In this document: piece after piece, positions 35,585 through 44,959 of the stretch
How positions within the stretch are numbered: position 1 is the first letter of the stretch
Layout of the letters: each line of letters opens with the position of its first letter
Source of the DNA: Nitrospinota bacterium
Lineage (GTDB): Bacteria; Nitrospinota_A; UBA7883; JADGGD01
DNA: 64,000 nt
Assembly (NCBI GenBank): GCA_942491805.1
Contig: CALOCG010000039.1
Span: 28 to 64,027, forward strand
Direction: 5' to 3'
Program-made: the position numbers and the translations under genes
Notes under the pieces: model-generated
Seen by the model: only the letters and a program-made list of their open reading frames with translations
Told to the model about the DNA's origin: nothing
The model's database searches: none

Positions 35585-36666
35585 CACCTCAGTTTCAGGG
35601 TAGAAAGTGATATCAACGCCAAGGTCAAAGCGACGATCCAAAAACGGACGATGACCTGCGGCTCGGGCCAGCCGAGTTTTTCGAAATGGTGATGGATCGG
35701 CGCCATGCGGAACAGCCGCCGTCCGGTGGTCTTGAACCAGAAGACCTGCAAGATGACCGAAATCGCTTCGACCACGAAGACGCCGCCGACAATGACCAGC
35801 AACACCTCTTGTTTGGTCATCACCGCTACGGCCCCCAAAGCCCCACCCAGAGCGGTCGATCCGACGTTCCCCATAAAGAGCATCGCCGGGTGGCAGTTAT
35901 ACCAAAGGAACCCGAGTGACGCCCCCACCACGGCGGCGCAGAAGATCGTCGCCTCTCCCATATGGGTGACGTGGGTCAACGAGAGATACTCGGCGAACTT
36001 GGCGTGTCCGGTGATGTAGGTGATGGCCAGATAGGCGGTGAAGGCGATGATGATCGGACCGATGGCCAGCCCGTCGAGTCCGTCGGTCAGGTTGACGGCG
36101 TTGCTGGCGCCGACGATGACGATCATGGCGAAAGGTATCCAAAGAATCCCGAGGTCGGGGCTCATATGTTTCAAGAAAGGCAACGAGACCTGGGTCACCG
36201 CAGGATCACCCCCTTGGGTGACGTAGACCGAGAGGGTGACCAGAAAGGCTGCGCCGAATTGCCATCCGAGTTTGGTCCACCCCGATACGCCGTGGGTCGT
36301 TCCGGTCAGCTTGACCCAGTCGTCGTAGAACCCGATGGCGCCGAAGAGGATCACCGATTCGAGGGCGATCCAGATATACGGGTTGCTCAGATCGGCCCAC
36401 AGGAGGGTCGGCGCGACAGCGCATGCGAGTATCAGCAGTCCGCCCATGGTGGGGGTGCCGGCTTTCGCATGATGCGTTTCGGGACCGTCGCTTCGGATCT
36501 TCTCGCCGATCTGACGGCCTCTGAGGTATTGAATGAACCACGGGCCGAGCAGCAGGGCCAAGGCCAGCCCGGTGATCGCCGCGTATATCCCCCGGAAGGT
36601 GATGTAGCGGAAGACGTTGAAGAATCCGTAGGTGTCGCTTAACGGAAAGAGGAGATGATAGAGCAT
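35584..36666 (-). CDS. mraY: phospho-N-acetylmuramoyl-pentapeptide transferase
   Basis: 'NVFRYITFR', 'HHAKAGTPTMGG', 'NAVNLTDGLDGLA' and 'PIHHHFE' motifs. 360 aa. Confidence 0.95.
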   Translation of the reverse strand: MLYHLLFPLSDTYGFFNVFRYITFRGIYAAITGLALALLLGPWFIQYLRGRQIGEKIRSDGPETHHAKAGTPTMGGLLILACAVAPTLLWADLSNPYIWIALESVILFGAIGFYDDWVKLTGTTHGVSGWTKLGWQFGAAFLVTLSVYVTQGGDPAVTQVSLPFLKHMSPDLGILWIPFAMIVIVGASNAVNLTDGLDGLAIGPIIIAFTAYLAITYITGHAKFAEYLSLTHVTHMGEATIFCAAVVGASLGFLWYNCHPAMLFMGNVGSTALGGALGAVAVMTKQEVLLVIVGGVFVVEAISVILQVFWFKTTGRRLFRMAPIHHHFEKLGWPEPQVIVRFWIVALTLALISLSTLKLR

Positions 36667-38063
36667 CAGCGTTCCTCCATCCGCTCGACGAGAAGGCCGA
36701 GCGCCGTTTCCATCGCCGCCCCGCGCGATCCTTTTACCAACAGGCGATCTTTGGGGCCGATTCGTTTGGCCAGATACGTCGCCGCTTGCGGATGACCCTT
36801 CACCACCGTCGCTTCGATTTTCCCTTTGGCGGCGGACGCGACGGCGGGGCGGGTCGCTTCGCCGACGCCGACGAGAAGGCGGAATCCTAATCGCGCGGCG
36901 AGCCGTCCGATCTCTTTATGAGCGGCGGCGCTTTTCGATCCGAGTTCTCGCATCTCTCCCATCAGCAGGATCGGCGCTTCGCCCGACATATCGGCGACCG
37001 CCAAAAGGGCCGCTTTCATCGAGTCGGGATTGGCGTTGTAGGCGTCGTTGATGACCACCGCTCCGTTGGGAAGTTTTCCCGCCGCCATCCGCATGGGCGC
37101 CGGTTTGACGGTGGCTAACGCTTTGGCGATGGCGCTCGGCGCGACGCCGAGGAGTCGCCCCACGGCGTAGGCGGCCGTCGCGTTGTCGGCCTGATGCGCG
37201 CCGATGAGGGGAACGGCGAGCAGGATCTCTTCGGCGCCTTCGGCGATGGCCATGGTCCGCCCCGGTTTCCCCGGCGTGCTCCAGCTATCGACCAACGACC
37301 AACGGGCGTCGCCGTTCCGGCCGTAGGTGAAGGTGCGAGGCCGGTTGGCGTAGCGGGCGACCAGTCGTCTCGATCCGTCGTCGCCACCGTTCAGCAGGGC
37401 GGTCGCCTTGGGATCGAGTCCGGCGATCAGTTCGCCTTTGGCCTCGGCGATGGCGGCGACGTTTTTGAAGTGCCCCAGATGGGCGGCGCCGACGTTGGTG
37501 ACGAGGGCGATGTCGGGCTTGGCGATGGCGGCGAGCCGGGCGATCTCCCCTGCGTGGTTCATCCCCATTTCGATGACGGCGTACTTCTCGGCGCCGGTCA
37601 GGCTCATGAGGGTGAGGGGGAGGCCGACATGGTTGTTCAGGTTCCCTTGGGTGACAAGGGTCTTTCCTTTGGTCGAGAGGATGGCGCCGATCATCTCTTT
37701 GACGGTGGTCTTGCCGTTGCTGCCGGTAACGGCGACGAGGGTCAGCCCTTTGATCGACCGGCGTCGCCACGCGGCCATCTCCTGCAATCCGCGCAACGTG
37801 TCGTCGACAAGGATGAAGGTTTCGCCGGGATGGGCCAACAAGAGCGACGGGTCGGAGACGAGGGCGGCGGCGGCGCCTTTGGCGAACGCCTCTTTGACAT
37901 ACGCGTGGCCGTCGAACCGGTCGCCGACGAGGGCGATGAAGAGGCGCCCTTTCAAGGCTTGGCGGCTATCGCTGGTGACGCCACGAACGGTCGTCCCCCG
38001 TCCGGGGACCAAACGTCCCCCGGCGGCTTTCGCCAATGTCGCCAGATCGAGCCTATTCGCCAC
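36666..38063 (-). CDS. murF: UDP-N-acetylmuramoyl-tripeptide--D-alanyl-D-alanine ligase
   Basis: 'VAVTGSNGKTTVKEM', 'NDAYNANPDSM'. Start assigned to GTG 38063 ('VANRLDLATL'), overlapping the murE stop by 11 nt. The upstream part of the track ORF is read-through. Confidence 0.9.
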   Translation of the reverse strand: MANRLDLATLAKAAGGRLVPGRGTTVRGVTSDSRQALKGRLFIALVGDRFDGHAYVKEAFAKGAAAALVSDPSLLLAHPGETFILVDDTLRGLQEMAAWRRRSIKGLTLVAVTGSNGKTTVKEMIGAILSTKGKTLVTQGNLNNHVGLPLTLMSLTGAEKYAVIEMGMNHAGEIARLAAIAKPDIALVTNVGAAHLGHFKNVAAIAEAKGELIAGLDPKATALLNGGDDGSRRLVARYANRPRTFTYGRNGDARWSLVDSWSTPGKPGRTMAIAEGAEEILLAVPLIGAHQADNATAAYAVGRLLGVAPSAIAKALATVKPAPMRMAAGKLPNGAVVINDAYNANPDSMKAALLAVADMSGEAPILLMGEMRELGSKSAAAHKEIGRLAARLGFRLLVGVGEATRPAVASAAKGKIEATVVKGHPQAATYLAKRIGPKDRLLVKGSRGAAMETALGLLVERMEER

Positions 38064-39555
38064 GGGCTTTGATCGCCTTTCTCGCCTCTTCGCGGTCGTC
38101 GAAATGATGTTTCGTCTTTCCGACGATCTGGTAATCTTCATGCCCTTTTCCGGCGATGACGACCATGTCGCCCGGCGCGGCCATGCCGACGGCGGCAAGG
38201 ATCGCTTCGCGCCGGTCGGTGATGACCGTCAACGATCCGCGGGGGTTTTCGTCTTTATGAATCCCGGCGACGATCATGTCGATGATCGCTTGCGGCTCTT
38301 CGGTACGAGGATTGTCGGAGGTGACGACGACGGCGTCGGAATGGGTCCACGCCGCCTTTCCCATCTTGGGTCGTTTGGCGTTGTCCCGGTCGCCGCCACA
38401 TCCGAAGAGGGTGATGAGCCTCCCTCTGGTGATGGCCCGCGCCGTAGTCAGGACGTTGATCAGGGCGTCGTCGGTGTGGGCGTAGTCGACCACCACGCCG
38501 TAGGGTTGCCCTTCGTCGATCCGTTCGAATCGACCGGGGGCGGCGGCCAGCCCTTCGAGCCCTTTGACGATAGCCGAGAGAGGGGCGCCATGGACGATGG
38601 CGGCGGCGACGGCGGCGAGCATGTTGTAGACGTTATACCGTCCGGCCATCCGGCTTCGAATCGGAGCGGAGCCGATGGGAGTTTTGAGATGAAAGGCGGT
38701 TCCTTCGGCGGTGAGGGTGACCCCTTCGGCGGTGACGTCGGCGAACGCGCCGAGACCGTAGGTGAAGAGGTCGCCGGAAATCAAGGGGGTGAGTCGAGCG
38801 GCGTAAGGGTCGTCGATGTTGATGACCGATACTTTCGGAGCGTGGTCGGTAAAGAACTTCGCTTTGGCGGCGAAATAGCGATCCATGTCGCCGTGATAAT
38901 CGAGATGATCTTGCGTCAGGTTGGTGTAGATGGCGACGCCGAAAGCCACCTCCCCTACCCGGTTCTGGGTCAGCGCGTGGGAGCTGACCTCCATAGCGAC
39001 CGCTCGGCCTCCGTGGCCGATGATCTGGCTCAACATCCGATGAACGTCGGCCGATTCGGGGGTGGTGTTGGGGGCGTCGACGGTTTCGCCGATCAGGTCG
39101 TAGCCGGTGGTGCCGAGTCGACCGCAAGGGAATCCGGCGGCGTTCATGATCGCCTGTATCAGATAGGCGGTAGTGGTCTTGCCGTTGGTGCCGGTGACGC
39201 CGGTGACCTTTAGGCGCCGCGAGGGGGAATCGTAAAAATAGTTTGCGATGCGCGCCAACGCTTTCCGACTGTCGGCCACAAGAGCGAGGGTGACGTTGGG
39301 GGGAATGGTGACGCCGAACTCGGCCGGGTCCCGTTCGGCGATGATGGCGACGGCGCCACGGGTGATGGCCGAGGAGATGAAGTCGTGACCGTCGGCGGCG
39401 GCGCCCCGAACGGCGACGAAGGCCATGCCGGGGCGGATGTCGCGCGAATCGTAGCAGACGCCGGTGACGGCGGTTTGCGAGGCGTTTCCACGAACGGTAA
39501 GAGTGGTCATGGCGGCGATCAGCTCCTCGATCGGTTTTTGATGGGTTTCATTCAT
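38053..39555 (-). CDS. murE: UDP-N-acetylmuramoyl-L-alanyl-D-glutamate--2,6-diaminopimelate ligase
   Basis: 'GVTGTNGKTTTAYL', 'DYAHTDDAL', 'GCGGDRDNAKRP' (DNPR-type meso-DAP motif 'TSDNPRTE'). Start trimmed to the ATG at 39555. Confidence 0.92.
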   Translation of the reverse strand: MNETHQKPIEELIAAMTTLTVRGNASQTAVTGVCYDSRDIRPGMAFVAVRGAAADGHDFISSAITRGAVAIIAERDPAEFGVTIPPNVTLALVADSRKALARIANYFYDSPSRRLKVTGVTGTNGKTTTAYLIQAIMNAAGFPCGRLGTTGYDLIGETVDAPNTTPESADVHRMLSQIIGHGGRAVAMEVSSHALTQNRVGEVAFGVAIYTNLTQDHLDYHGDMDRYFAAKAKFFTDHAPKVSVINIDDPYAARLTPLISGDLFTYGLGAFADVTAEGVTLTAEGTAFHLKTPIGSAPIRSRMAGRYNVYNMLAAVAAAIVHGAPLSAIVKGLEGLAAAPGRFERIDEGQPYGVVVDYAHTDDALINVLTTARAITRGRLITLFGCGGDRDNAKRPKMGKAAWTHSDAVVVTSDNPRTEEPQAIIDMIVAGIHKDENPRGSLTVITDRREAILAAVGMAAPGDMVVIAGKGHEDYQIVGKTKHHFDDREEARKAIKARGE

Positions 39556-41364
39556 ACCGCCCCCCCGTTGGCGATCCGGCTCCAGTCGATCTCGTAGACC
39601 TCTGTTCGGTCGGTGGGGATGCGCAATATGCGGGCGGCCCGGTCGGCGATTTCGGAGAATACCGGCCCCGCCACCGCTCCACCCCAAGCGACCCTTGCGG
39701 CTCGTCGATCATGACGACGATGACGAGCCGAGGCCGATCTGGTCGGGAAAACCGGCGAAGGAGGAGAGGAACTTCTCGTCGGAATAACGTCCGGTGGTCG
39801 GGTCGATCTTCTGCGCGGTGCCGGTTTTCCCCGCGACGGCGAACCCTTCCACTTTCGCGGCGTGGCCGGTTCCGTCGGCGACCACGGCCCGCATCATGCC
39901 GGTCAGTTGGTGGGCGGTGCGCGACGAGACGACCCGATGGACCGCTTCCGGCTCGATCTCTTCGACCAGCTTTTTGTCCCGCGCGAAACCGAGCGCCAAC
40001 CGGGGGCGCATGAGCCAACCGCCGTTGGCGATGGCGGCGACGGCGGTGGTCAGCTGCAACGGGGTGACGCCGACCTCCTGGCCGAAACTGATCGAGGGGA
40101 GCGACGTCGACGACCACGCTTTCACCGGGCGCAACAACCCGGCCGCTTCGCCGGGGAGATCGACGCCGGTCTTATGGCCGAACCCGAACTTATCGAGATA
40201 GGAAGCCAGCTTTTCTTCTCCCAACCGCTCGGCGATTTTGATGGCGCCGATGTTCGACGATTTCTCCAACACCTCTTGGACCGTCAGTTGGTCGTATCGT
40301 TTTCGCAACGCTTCGCGGAAGGTATGAGGGCCGACCTGATAGCGCCCCTTTTCGCAGTCGATCTTTTCGTCGGGGACGACGACCCCCTCTTCCAGGGCGG
40401 CGGCGACGGTGATCAGCTTGAAGGTGGAACCGGGCTCGACGACCCGTGAAACCGCCATCGACCGCCACCATTGGGCGTCGTAGGCGCCGAAGTTGTTGCC
40501 GTTAAACTTCGGCTGTTCCCCGATCGCGATAATTCGCCCGGTGTACGGGTCCATGACGATGGCGACCCCCCGTTTGGCGCCGGTGGCGGTCACCTGTCGG
40601 GCCAGCGCCGTTTCGGCGACGTACTGAATCCGCTCGTCGAGGGTCAGGACGAGGTCGGCCGGTTGCGATTTCTCGGCGATCTCGAAGGCTTCCGGCATCG
40701 GCAATGACCGCCCCAAAGCGTCGCGCAGAACGGTGAAGCGGGAGGCGACGGGACGGATGGTCTGGTCGTATTTGTATTCGAGGCCATAGAGCCCCTGATT
40801 GTCGATGCCGCAAAAACCGATGAGCCGAGCCGCGATGTCCCGTTTGGGATAGAACCGTTTCGATTCGGTGACGAATCCGAGCCCGTCGATGTCGGCGTTT
40901 TTAAGCGAGGCGACGGTGGTCGGCGAGGCTTTCCGTTTGATCCAAACGAAGCTTTTGCTCCGATATTTGCCGATGCGCCGTTTCAGGTCGCGGAAGAGAG
41001 TCCGTTCTTCGCGGCTCCCCTTTTTGGCCATGATCGACGCCAGCCGCGCGGCGACGGCGACCGGGTCTCCGGCGACGCGGGGATTCAGGTAAACCGATTC
41101 GAGGTCGATGGAGACGGCCAGTTCGTGAAACTGGCTGTCGTAGATCATGCCGCGCGGAAGATCGACTTCGATCTCGCCGGTTCCTTGCCGCGACGAGAAG
41201 GCGGCGACGCGGGTGTCGGAAAAGAGGGTGAGCTGCACAAGCCGTCCACCGGCCACAACCAGCCAGAAGGCGAGCAGGACAAAGATCCCCCCCGCCCGGA
41301 CACGCCTCCAGCGCACCAGCTTTTCTGCGGCGTTCCGCTCTCTATTCTTCCCGTTTCTTCGCAA
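39552..41364 (-). CDS. ftsI: peptidoglycan D,D-transpeptidase FtsI / PBP3 (two frame breaks near the 3' end)
   Basis: TM anchor, 'EPGSTFKLIT' (SxxK), 'SSN', 'AGKTGTA' (KTG). After 'SSFAGF' the conserved 'DRPRLVIVVMIDEPQG' and then 'AWGGAVAGPVFSEIADRAARIL' continue in the other two frames. The final TGA overlaps the murE ATG (ATGA). The span is 1813 nt (3n+1). Confidence 0.9.
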
Positions 41365-41680
41365 TAATCACCACCTGTTCGGGGCGAGGCCGGACGAATC
41401 CGAGCCCTTCGACCGCCCGCCGCTCGATATAGTCGTAGGAACGAAGGGCGGCTATTTCCAACCGGAGCTTTTTGTTCAACTCGCGCGCTTTTTCAAGCTC
41501 GCGTATCCGGTCGGAGTAGTCGTACATCAGATGGGTGGCGGTCAGAGAGGGATAGACGTAGACGAACGTCCCGATCAGCACGAACGTCACGGCGACGGTG
41601 TAGGAGAGGGCGTCGGTTATCCGCACCCCTCCCTTCTCGCGCCAAGCCACGCCGCCGGTTAGATCCACTCCCATGGACAC
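41342..41680 (-). CDS. ftsL: cell division protein FtsL/FtsB-like (septum formation initiator)
   Basis: One TM helix ('YTVAVTFVLIGTFVYVY') followed by a leucine-zipper-like 'IRELEKARELNKKLRLEIAALRS'. Located between rsmH and ftsI. Confidence 0.75.
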   Translation of the reverse strand: MSMGVDLTGGVAWREKGGVRITDALSYTVAVTFVLIGTFVYVYPSLTATHLMYDYSDRIRELEKARELNKKLRLEIAALRSYDYIERRAVEGLGFVRPRPEQVVIIAKKREE

Positions 41681-41744
41681 CTCCCGTTCGCATGTTGAGG
41701 AAAACTACCGACCTCGCCGACGTTTTCCTTACACGCTTTTCCGT

Positions 41745-42686
41745 TCACTCCAACCGTTCGGCCACCCGAAAACGGGCCGAGCGGGCTCGGGGGTTTTCGG
41801 CCTTTTCGGCCTCCCCCGGCATCACCGGTTTTCTCGTTAACACCTTCACTCGACCCGGTTCGCCGCAGGTGCATACCGGCTGCCGTTTCGGGCAGATGCA
41901 TCGCGGCTCTTCGTCGGCCAAGGTCCGCTTGACGACCCGGTCTTCCAAACTATGAAAGGCGATCACCCCGATCCGCCCTTTCGGCCTCAAAAGACCGATG
42001 GCCCTTTGCAGCGCTTGGCCGAGTCCCGCCAACTCGTCGTTGACCGCGATCCGCAAAGCCATAAAAACCTTCGTCGCCGGATGAATCCGTTCGTCCCGAC
42101 TTCGGGGGACGGATGCGGCCACGATCGCGGCCAGCCGCCGGGTGGTCTCGATGGGCGCCCCGGTCCGTTCGGCTACGATCGCTTTGGCGATCCGCCGCGC
42201 ATGCCGCTCTTCTCCGTATTCGAAAAATATTTTGGCAAGCTCCCTTTCGTCGATCCCGTTGACCAGGGTCGCCGCCGTCGTCGGTTGTCGCCGATCCATC
42301 CGCATGTCGAGCGGCCCGTCGCCCACAAAAGAGAACCCCCGTTCCCCCTGATCGAGCTGATAGGACGAAACCCCCAAATCGATGAGGATCGCGCCTGCCG
42401 GTCCGACAGCAAGCCGTTCGATTTCTTCCGCCATGTCAAAAAAGCTGGCATGCACCAGCGTCACCCGGTCGCCAAATGGAGCGAGCCGGACTTTGCACCG
42501 TTCGATGGCGTCGGCGTCCCGATCGAAGCCGACATAATTCGTTATGCCGGGTAAACGGGCCAGCAACGCTTCCGCGTGCCCCCCGCCCCCCAAGGTTCCG
42601 TCGACGACGACACCGGTTTCGGGGCGGTCGAACCATGCGACCACCTCTTCCAACAAAACCGGACGGTGGCCTAAAGGTTCTGCCAC
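41745..42686 (-). CDS. rsmH: 16S rRNA (cytosine1402-N4)-methyltransferase RsmH (MraW)
   Basis: 'HRPVLLEEVV...VDGTLGGGGHAEALL', 'DLGVSSYQLD', 'FHSLEDRVVK'. Start assigned to GTG 42686, 5 nt after the mraZ stop. The track ORF extension to 42971 overlaps mraZ. Confidence 0.9.
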   Translation of the reverse strand: MAEPLGHRPVLLEEVVAWFDRPETGVVVDGTLGGGGHAEALLARLPGITNYVGFDRDADAIERCKVRLAPFGDRVTLVHASFFDMAEEIERLAVGPAGAILIDLGVSSYQLDQGERGFSFVGDGPLDMRMDRRQPTTAATLVNGIDERELAKIFFEYGEERHARRIAKAIVAERTGAPIETTRRLAAIVAASVPRSRDERIHPATKVFMALRIAVNDELAGLGQALQRAIGLLRPKGRIGVIAFHSLEDRVVKRTLADEEPRCICPKRQPVCTCGEPGRVKVLTRKPVMPGEAEKAENPRARSARFRVAERLE

Positions 42687-42691
42687 GATTC

Positions 42692-43138
42692 CTAAAATCC
42701 GAGATCGGCCAGTTCGGCGGCGATGGCGTCGTCTCCGGCGCCTCCGACCACGCTCTGGAAGTTGGCCAGCGACCAGATCTCGATCTTTTTCATCCGCCCC
42801 ACCAAGACCGCATCCTTTTCGAGCTGGGCGTAACCGCGTAGCCGGGGGGGAAGCAATATCCGCCCCTGCTTGACCGGGACTTCGTGGGCGTAGGCCGAAA
42901 CCAGCCGGAGTTTCCGCTCCCGCTCGGGAGAGAAGGGTTCGGCCATGAGCTGCTCGTATTTCTCGGCCCACTCTTTCGCCGGGAAGAGGGTCAGCGTCCG
43001 CTCCGACCCGACGGTTAAAATCAACGGCTGCTCAAAGGCCCGGTCGAGCGTCTCCCGGATACGGGCGGGAAGATGAATTCTCCCCTTCGGGTCGACAGCG
43101 ACCTCGTATGATCCGATGAACCGATCGAGTCCGGGCAT
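42692..43138 (-). CDS. mraZ: transcriptional regulator MraZ
   Basis: 'GSYEVAVDPKGRIHLPARIRE' and a second 'VPVKQGRILLPPRLR' half (duplicated SpoVT/AbrB-like MraZ fold). 148 aa, first gene of the dcw cluster. Confidence 0.92.
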   Translation of the reverse strand: MPGLDRFIGSYEVAVDPKGRIHLPARIRETLDRAFEQPLILTVGSERTLTLFPAKEWAEKYEQLMAEPFSPERERKLRLVSAYAHEVPVKQGRILLPPRLRGYAQLEKDAVLVGRMKKIEIWSLANFQSVVGGAGDDAIAAELADLGF

Positions 43139-43139
43139 T

Positions 43140-43180
43140 TTCTAAGCACTCTTGACACTTTTTGCCACTTCTTGACACTG
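43140..43180 (-). promoter_or_regulatory. putative MraZ operator: four direct (A)AGTG(T/G)C repeats with 10-10-9 bp spacing
   Basis: Minus strand reads cAGTGTCAAGA-AGTGGCAAAA-AGTGTCAAGA-GTGCTTAGAAA-ATG(mraZ). The GTG triplets are at 43178, 43168, 43158 and 43149. Periodic GTG-type repeats downstream of the mra promoter are the known MraZ site architecture. Confidence 0.6.
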
Positions 43181-43185
43181 CGCCC

Positions 43186-43214
43186 ATCCTATAAGATGAC
43201 CAAGAAGGTGTCAA
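43186..43214 (-). promoter_or_regulatory. sigma70-type promoter candidate of the dcw cluster (TTGACA-17 nt-TAGGAT)
   Basis: Minus strand has TTGACA (43214-43209), a 17-nt spacer and TAGGAT (43191-43186), directly upstream of the GTG repeats and 48 nt from the mraZ ATG. Confidence 0.5.
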
Positions 43215-43570
43215 CCGCAAAACCTGCCAACGATGTGGGTAAATTACCGGTGCATTTACTACAATTTGGCATATATTTAGGATATTTATGTCTCAAATAT
43301 CACTAACTAAATCTAATTTCACATAATTATGCATTAATTACCAAATATCGTCAACCCCTTGACGCATCTTTTCCCACAGATAATCATTCTCAATTGACCT
43401 TCATCCACCCTCTCAACTCTTCCCCCACCTCTCTTCAATTACCTACGCTTTTTGTAGGCCATTCTCTCGCTTTGCTGTTTTTTCCACGAAGACGCTTTCA
43501 TTAAACATGCGCATTATAATGTTTTATAATAAGTTATCATCGCTTCATCAATGGCGCCTTTCTTGCCCCT

Positions 43571-44565
43571 ATGGTTCGTATGGTCAACAACAGGCTCCCG
43601 GCGCCGGAACATGGTTTGGTGGAGTTGTTCCTCAATCATGCGGTGGCTGAAAAAAATGCGACGCCCGACTCGCTTCGGGCCTACGAGGTCGATCTACGCC
43701 AGTTTTTCGCTCATCTGCGGAACCGGGGGTTATGGGACGATGGCTCTACGTTGACGACGTTGGGTTCTCTTACGGCGCGTGATATCAGAGGGTTCGTCTC
43801 GATCTCGCGGGCGGTGGGGAAGCTGTCGGCGGCTTCTATCGAGCGGAAACTTTCGACGATCCGGGCGTTTTATCACTATTTCAACGGGACCGGCGAGCTT
43901 GCCTCCAATCCGGCGCGCCTGGTGTCGCTCCCTTCAAAACCGAAGAATAACCCCGATTTCCTGACCATCGACGAGGTGACGGCTCTGATGGAGCGGGGGC
44001 GCCGAAACATCCGCGCGACCGGGCGGCTCTGGAACTCTTTTACGGGGCCGGGTTGCGGGCTGCGGAGATGGCGGGACTCTCGGTGGAGGATGTCGATTTT
44101 GAACGAGGATTCGTGAAGGCGCGGGGGAAGGGGCGAAAGGAACGGCTGATTCCTCTGGGGGAAAAGGCGACGGTGGCGTTACGCGACTTGCTGGCGACCC
44201 TCCCCGCTTCTCTCGCCGACGAACGGGGACGTCCCCTTTTTATCAACAACCGGGGAGGGCGTCTCTCGGTCCGGTCGATCCACACGCTGGTCAAAAAGGG
44301 AGCGTTGAAAGCGGGACTCTCCCGCCCGGTGGCGCCGCATCGGTTGCGCCACACGTTCGCTACGCACCTCCTCGAGGGGGGGGCCGACCTTCGGGCGATT
44401 CAGGAAATGATGGGGCATGCGTCGCTCTCGACGACGCAAAAATATACCCATGTGGGGCTGTCGCAACTGATGCGGGTCTACGACGACGCCCACCCACGCG
44501 CCCATTTTGCGACGGGGAACGATAAAACGACGGTTTTACCAAACGAGGATGATGACGATGCGTGA
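43571..44565 (+). CDS. xerC: tyrosine recombinase XerC/XerD family (frame broken at the G5 run 43995-43999)
   Basis: Track ORF 43571..44116 gives the N-terminal SAM-like domain ('FLNHAVAEKNATPDSLRAYEVDLRQFF'). ORF 44053..44565 gives the catalytic domain ('HRLRHTFATHLLEGGADLRAIQEMMGHASLSTTQKYTHV'). One extra G restores '...LMERGAPKHPRDRAALELFYGAGLRAAEM'. The span is 995 nt (3n+2). Confidence 0.88.
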
Positions 44566-44938
44566 CGAACGGAAAAAAATCAGCCAGGAGCGGTTCGAAG
44601 CGAACCCCACACGGGTGGCGAACTATGTGCGAACGGCGCAGGTGACGGTGGTGGTATACAATGACCGGGGTCCGACACTGACGTTATCCCCCTACCGCGA
44701 GGAGGGACCGAAACGTCGCATGGCCCGGGCGCCTCGGAACGCTCGCACGTTGGCGGCGCCGTCGTTGTCGCTGGCCGATTGCGCCGACGATAATATGGGT
44801 GGGGTCTGGCGTTTGGACGAGGAGACGAAACGGGAATTGGCGACGCCGAAATGGCGGAAGTCGCTTTCTCGCTTTTCGCCGTCGAGTCTGTTGCGATTGA
44901 CCCCGGTGTTGCCGTTGCTGGCTTGGTTTAAAAGCTGA
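44558..44938 (+). CDS. hypothetical protein (126 aa)
   Basis: Track ORF 44507..44938 trimmed to the ATG at 44558, which has GAGGA 8 nt upstream. GC-rich third positions suggest coding. No family recognised. Confidence 0.35.
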   Translation: MRDERKKISQERFEANPTRVANYVRTAQVTVVVYNDRGPTLTLSPYREEGPKRRMARAPRNARTLAAPSLSLADCADDNMGGVWRLDEETKRELATPKWRKSLSRFSPSSLLRLTPVLPLLAWFKS

Positions 44939-44959
44939 CCTTTCACCTACGGATAGACG

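Noticed and set aside
41745-42971. The 408-aa version of rsmH in the track, and similar long N-terminal extensions of murG, murE, murF, coaE, cheY and the kinase genes
   Set aside because: The extensions overlap the preceding gene in another frame and are Arg-rich junk. Conserved N-termini begin at internal ATG/GTG codons positioned 0-11 nt from the upstream gene's stop.
43215-43570. A replication origin, because of the AT-rich spacer and two DnaA-box-like 9-mers
   Set aside because: Each box has two mismatches to TTATCCACA and there are only two of them. No dnaA, dnaN or gidA context is present, and the location between mraZ and xerC is not an expected oriC site.
43571-44565. The tyrosine recombinase as a prophage or integrative-element integrase
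   Set aside because: The N-terminal 'SLRAYEVDLRQFF' and C-terminal 'HRLRHTFATHLLEGGADLRAIQEMMGH' are XerC/XerD-type. There is no adjacent tRNA, att-like repeat, excisionase or phage gene, and the flanks are core genes (the dcw cluster and argB).
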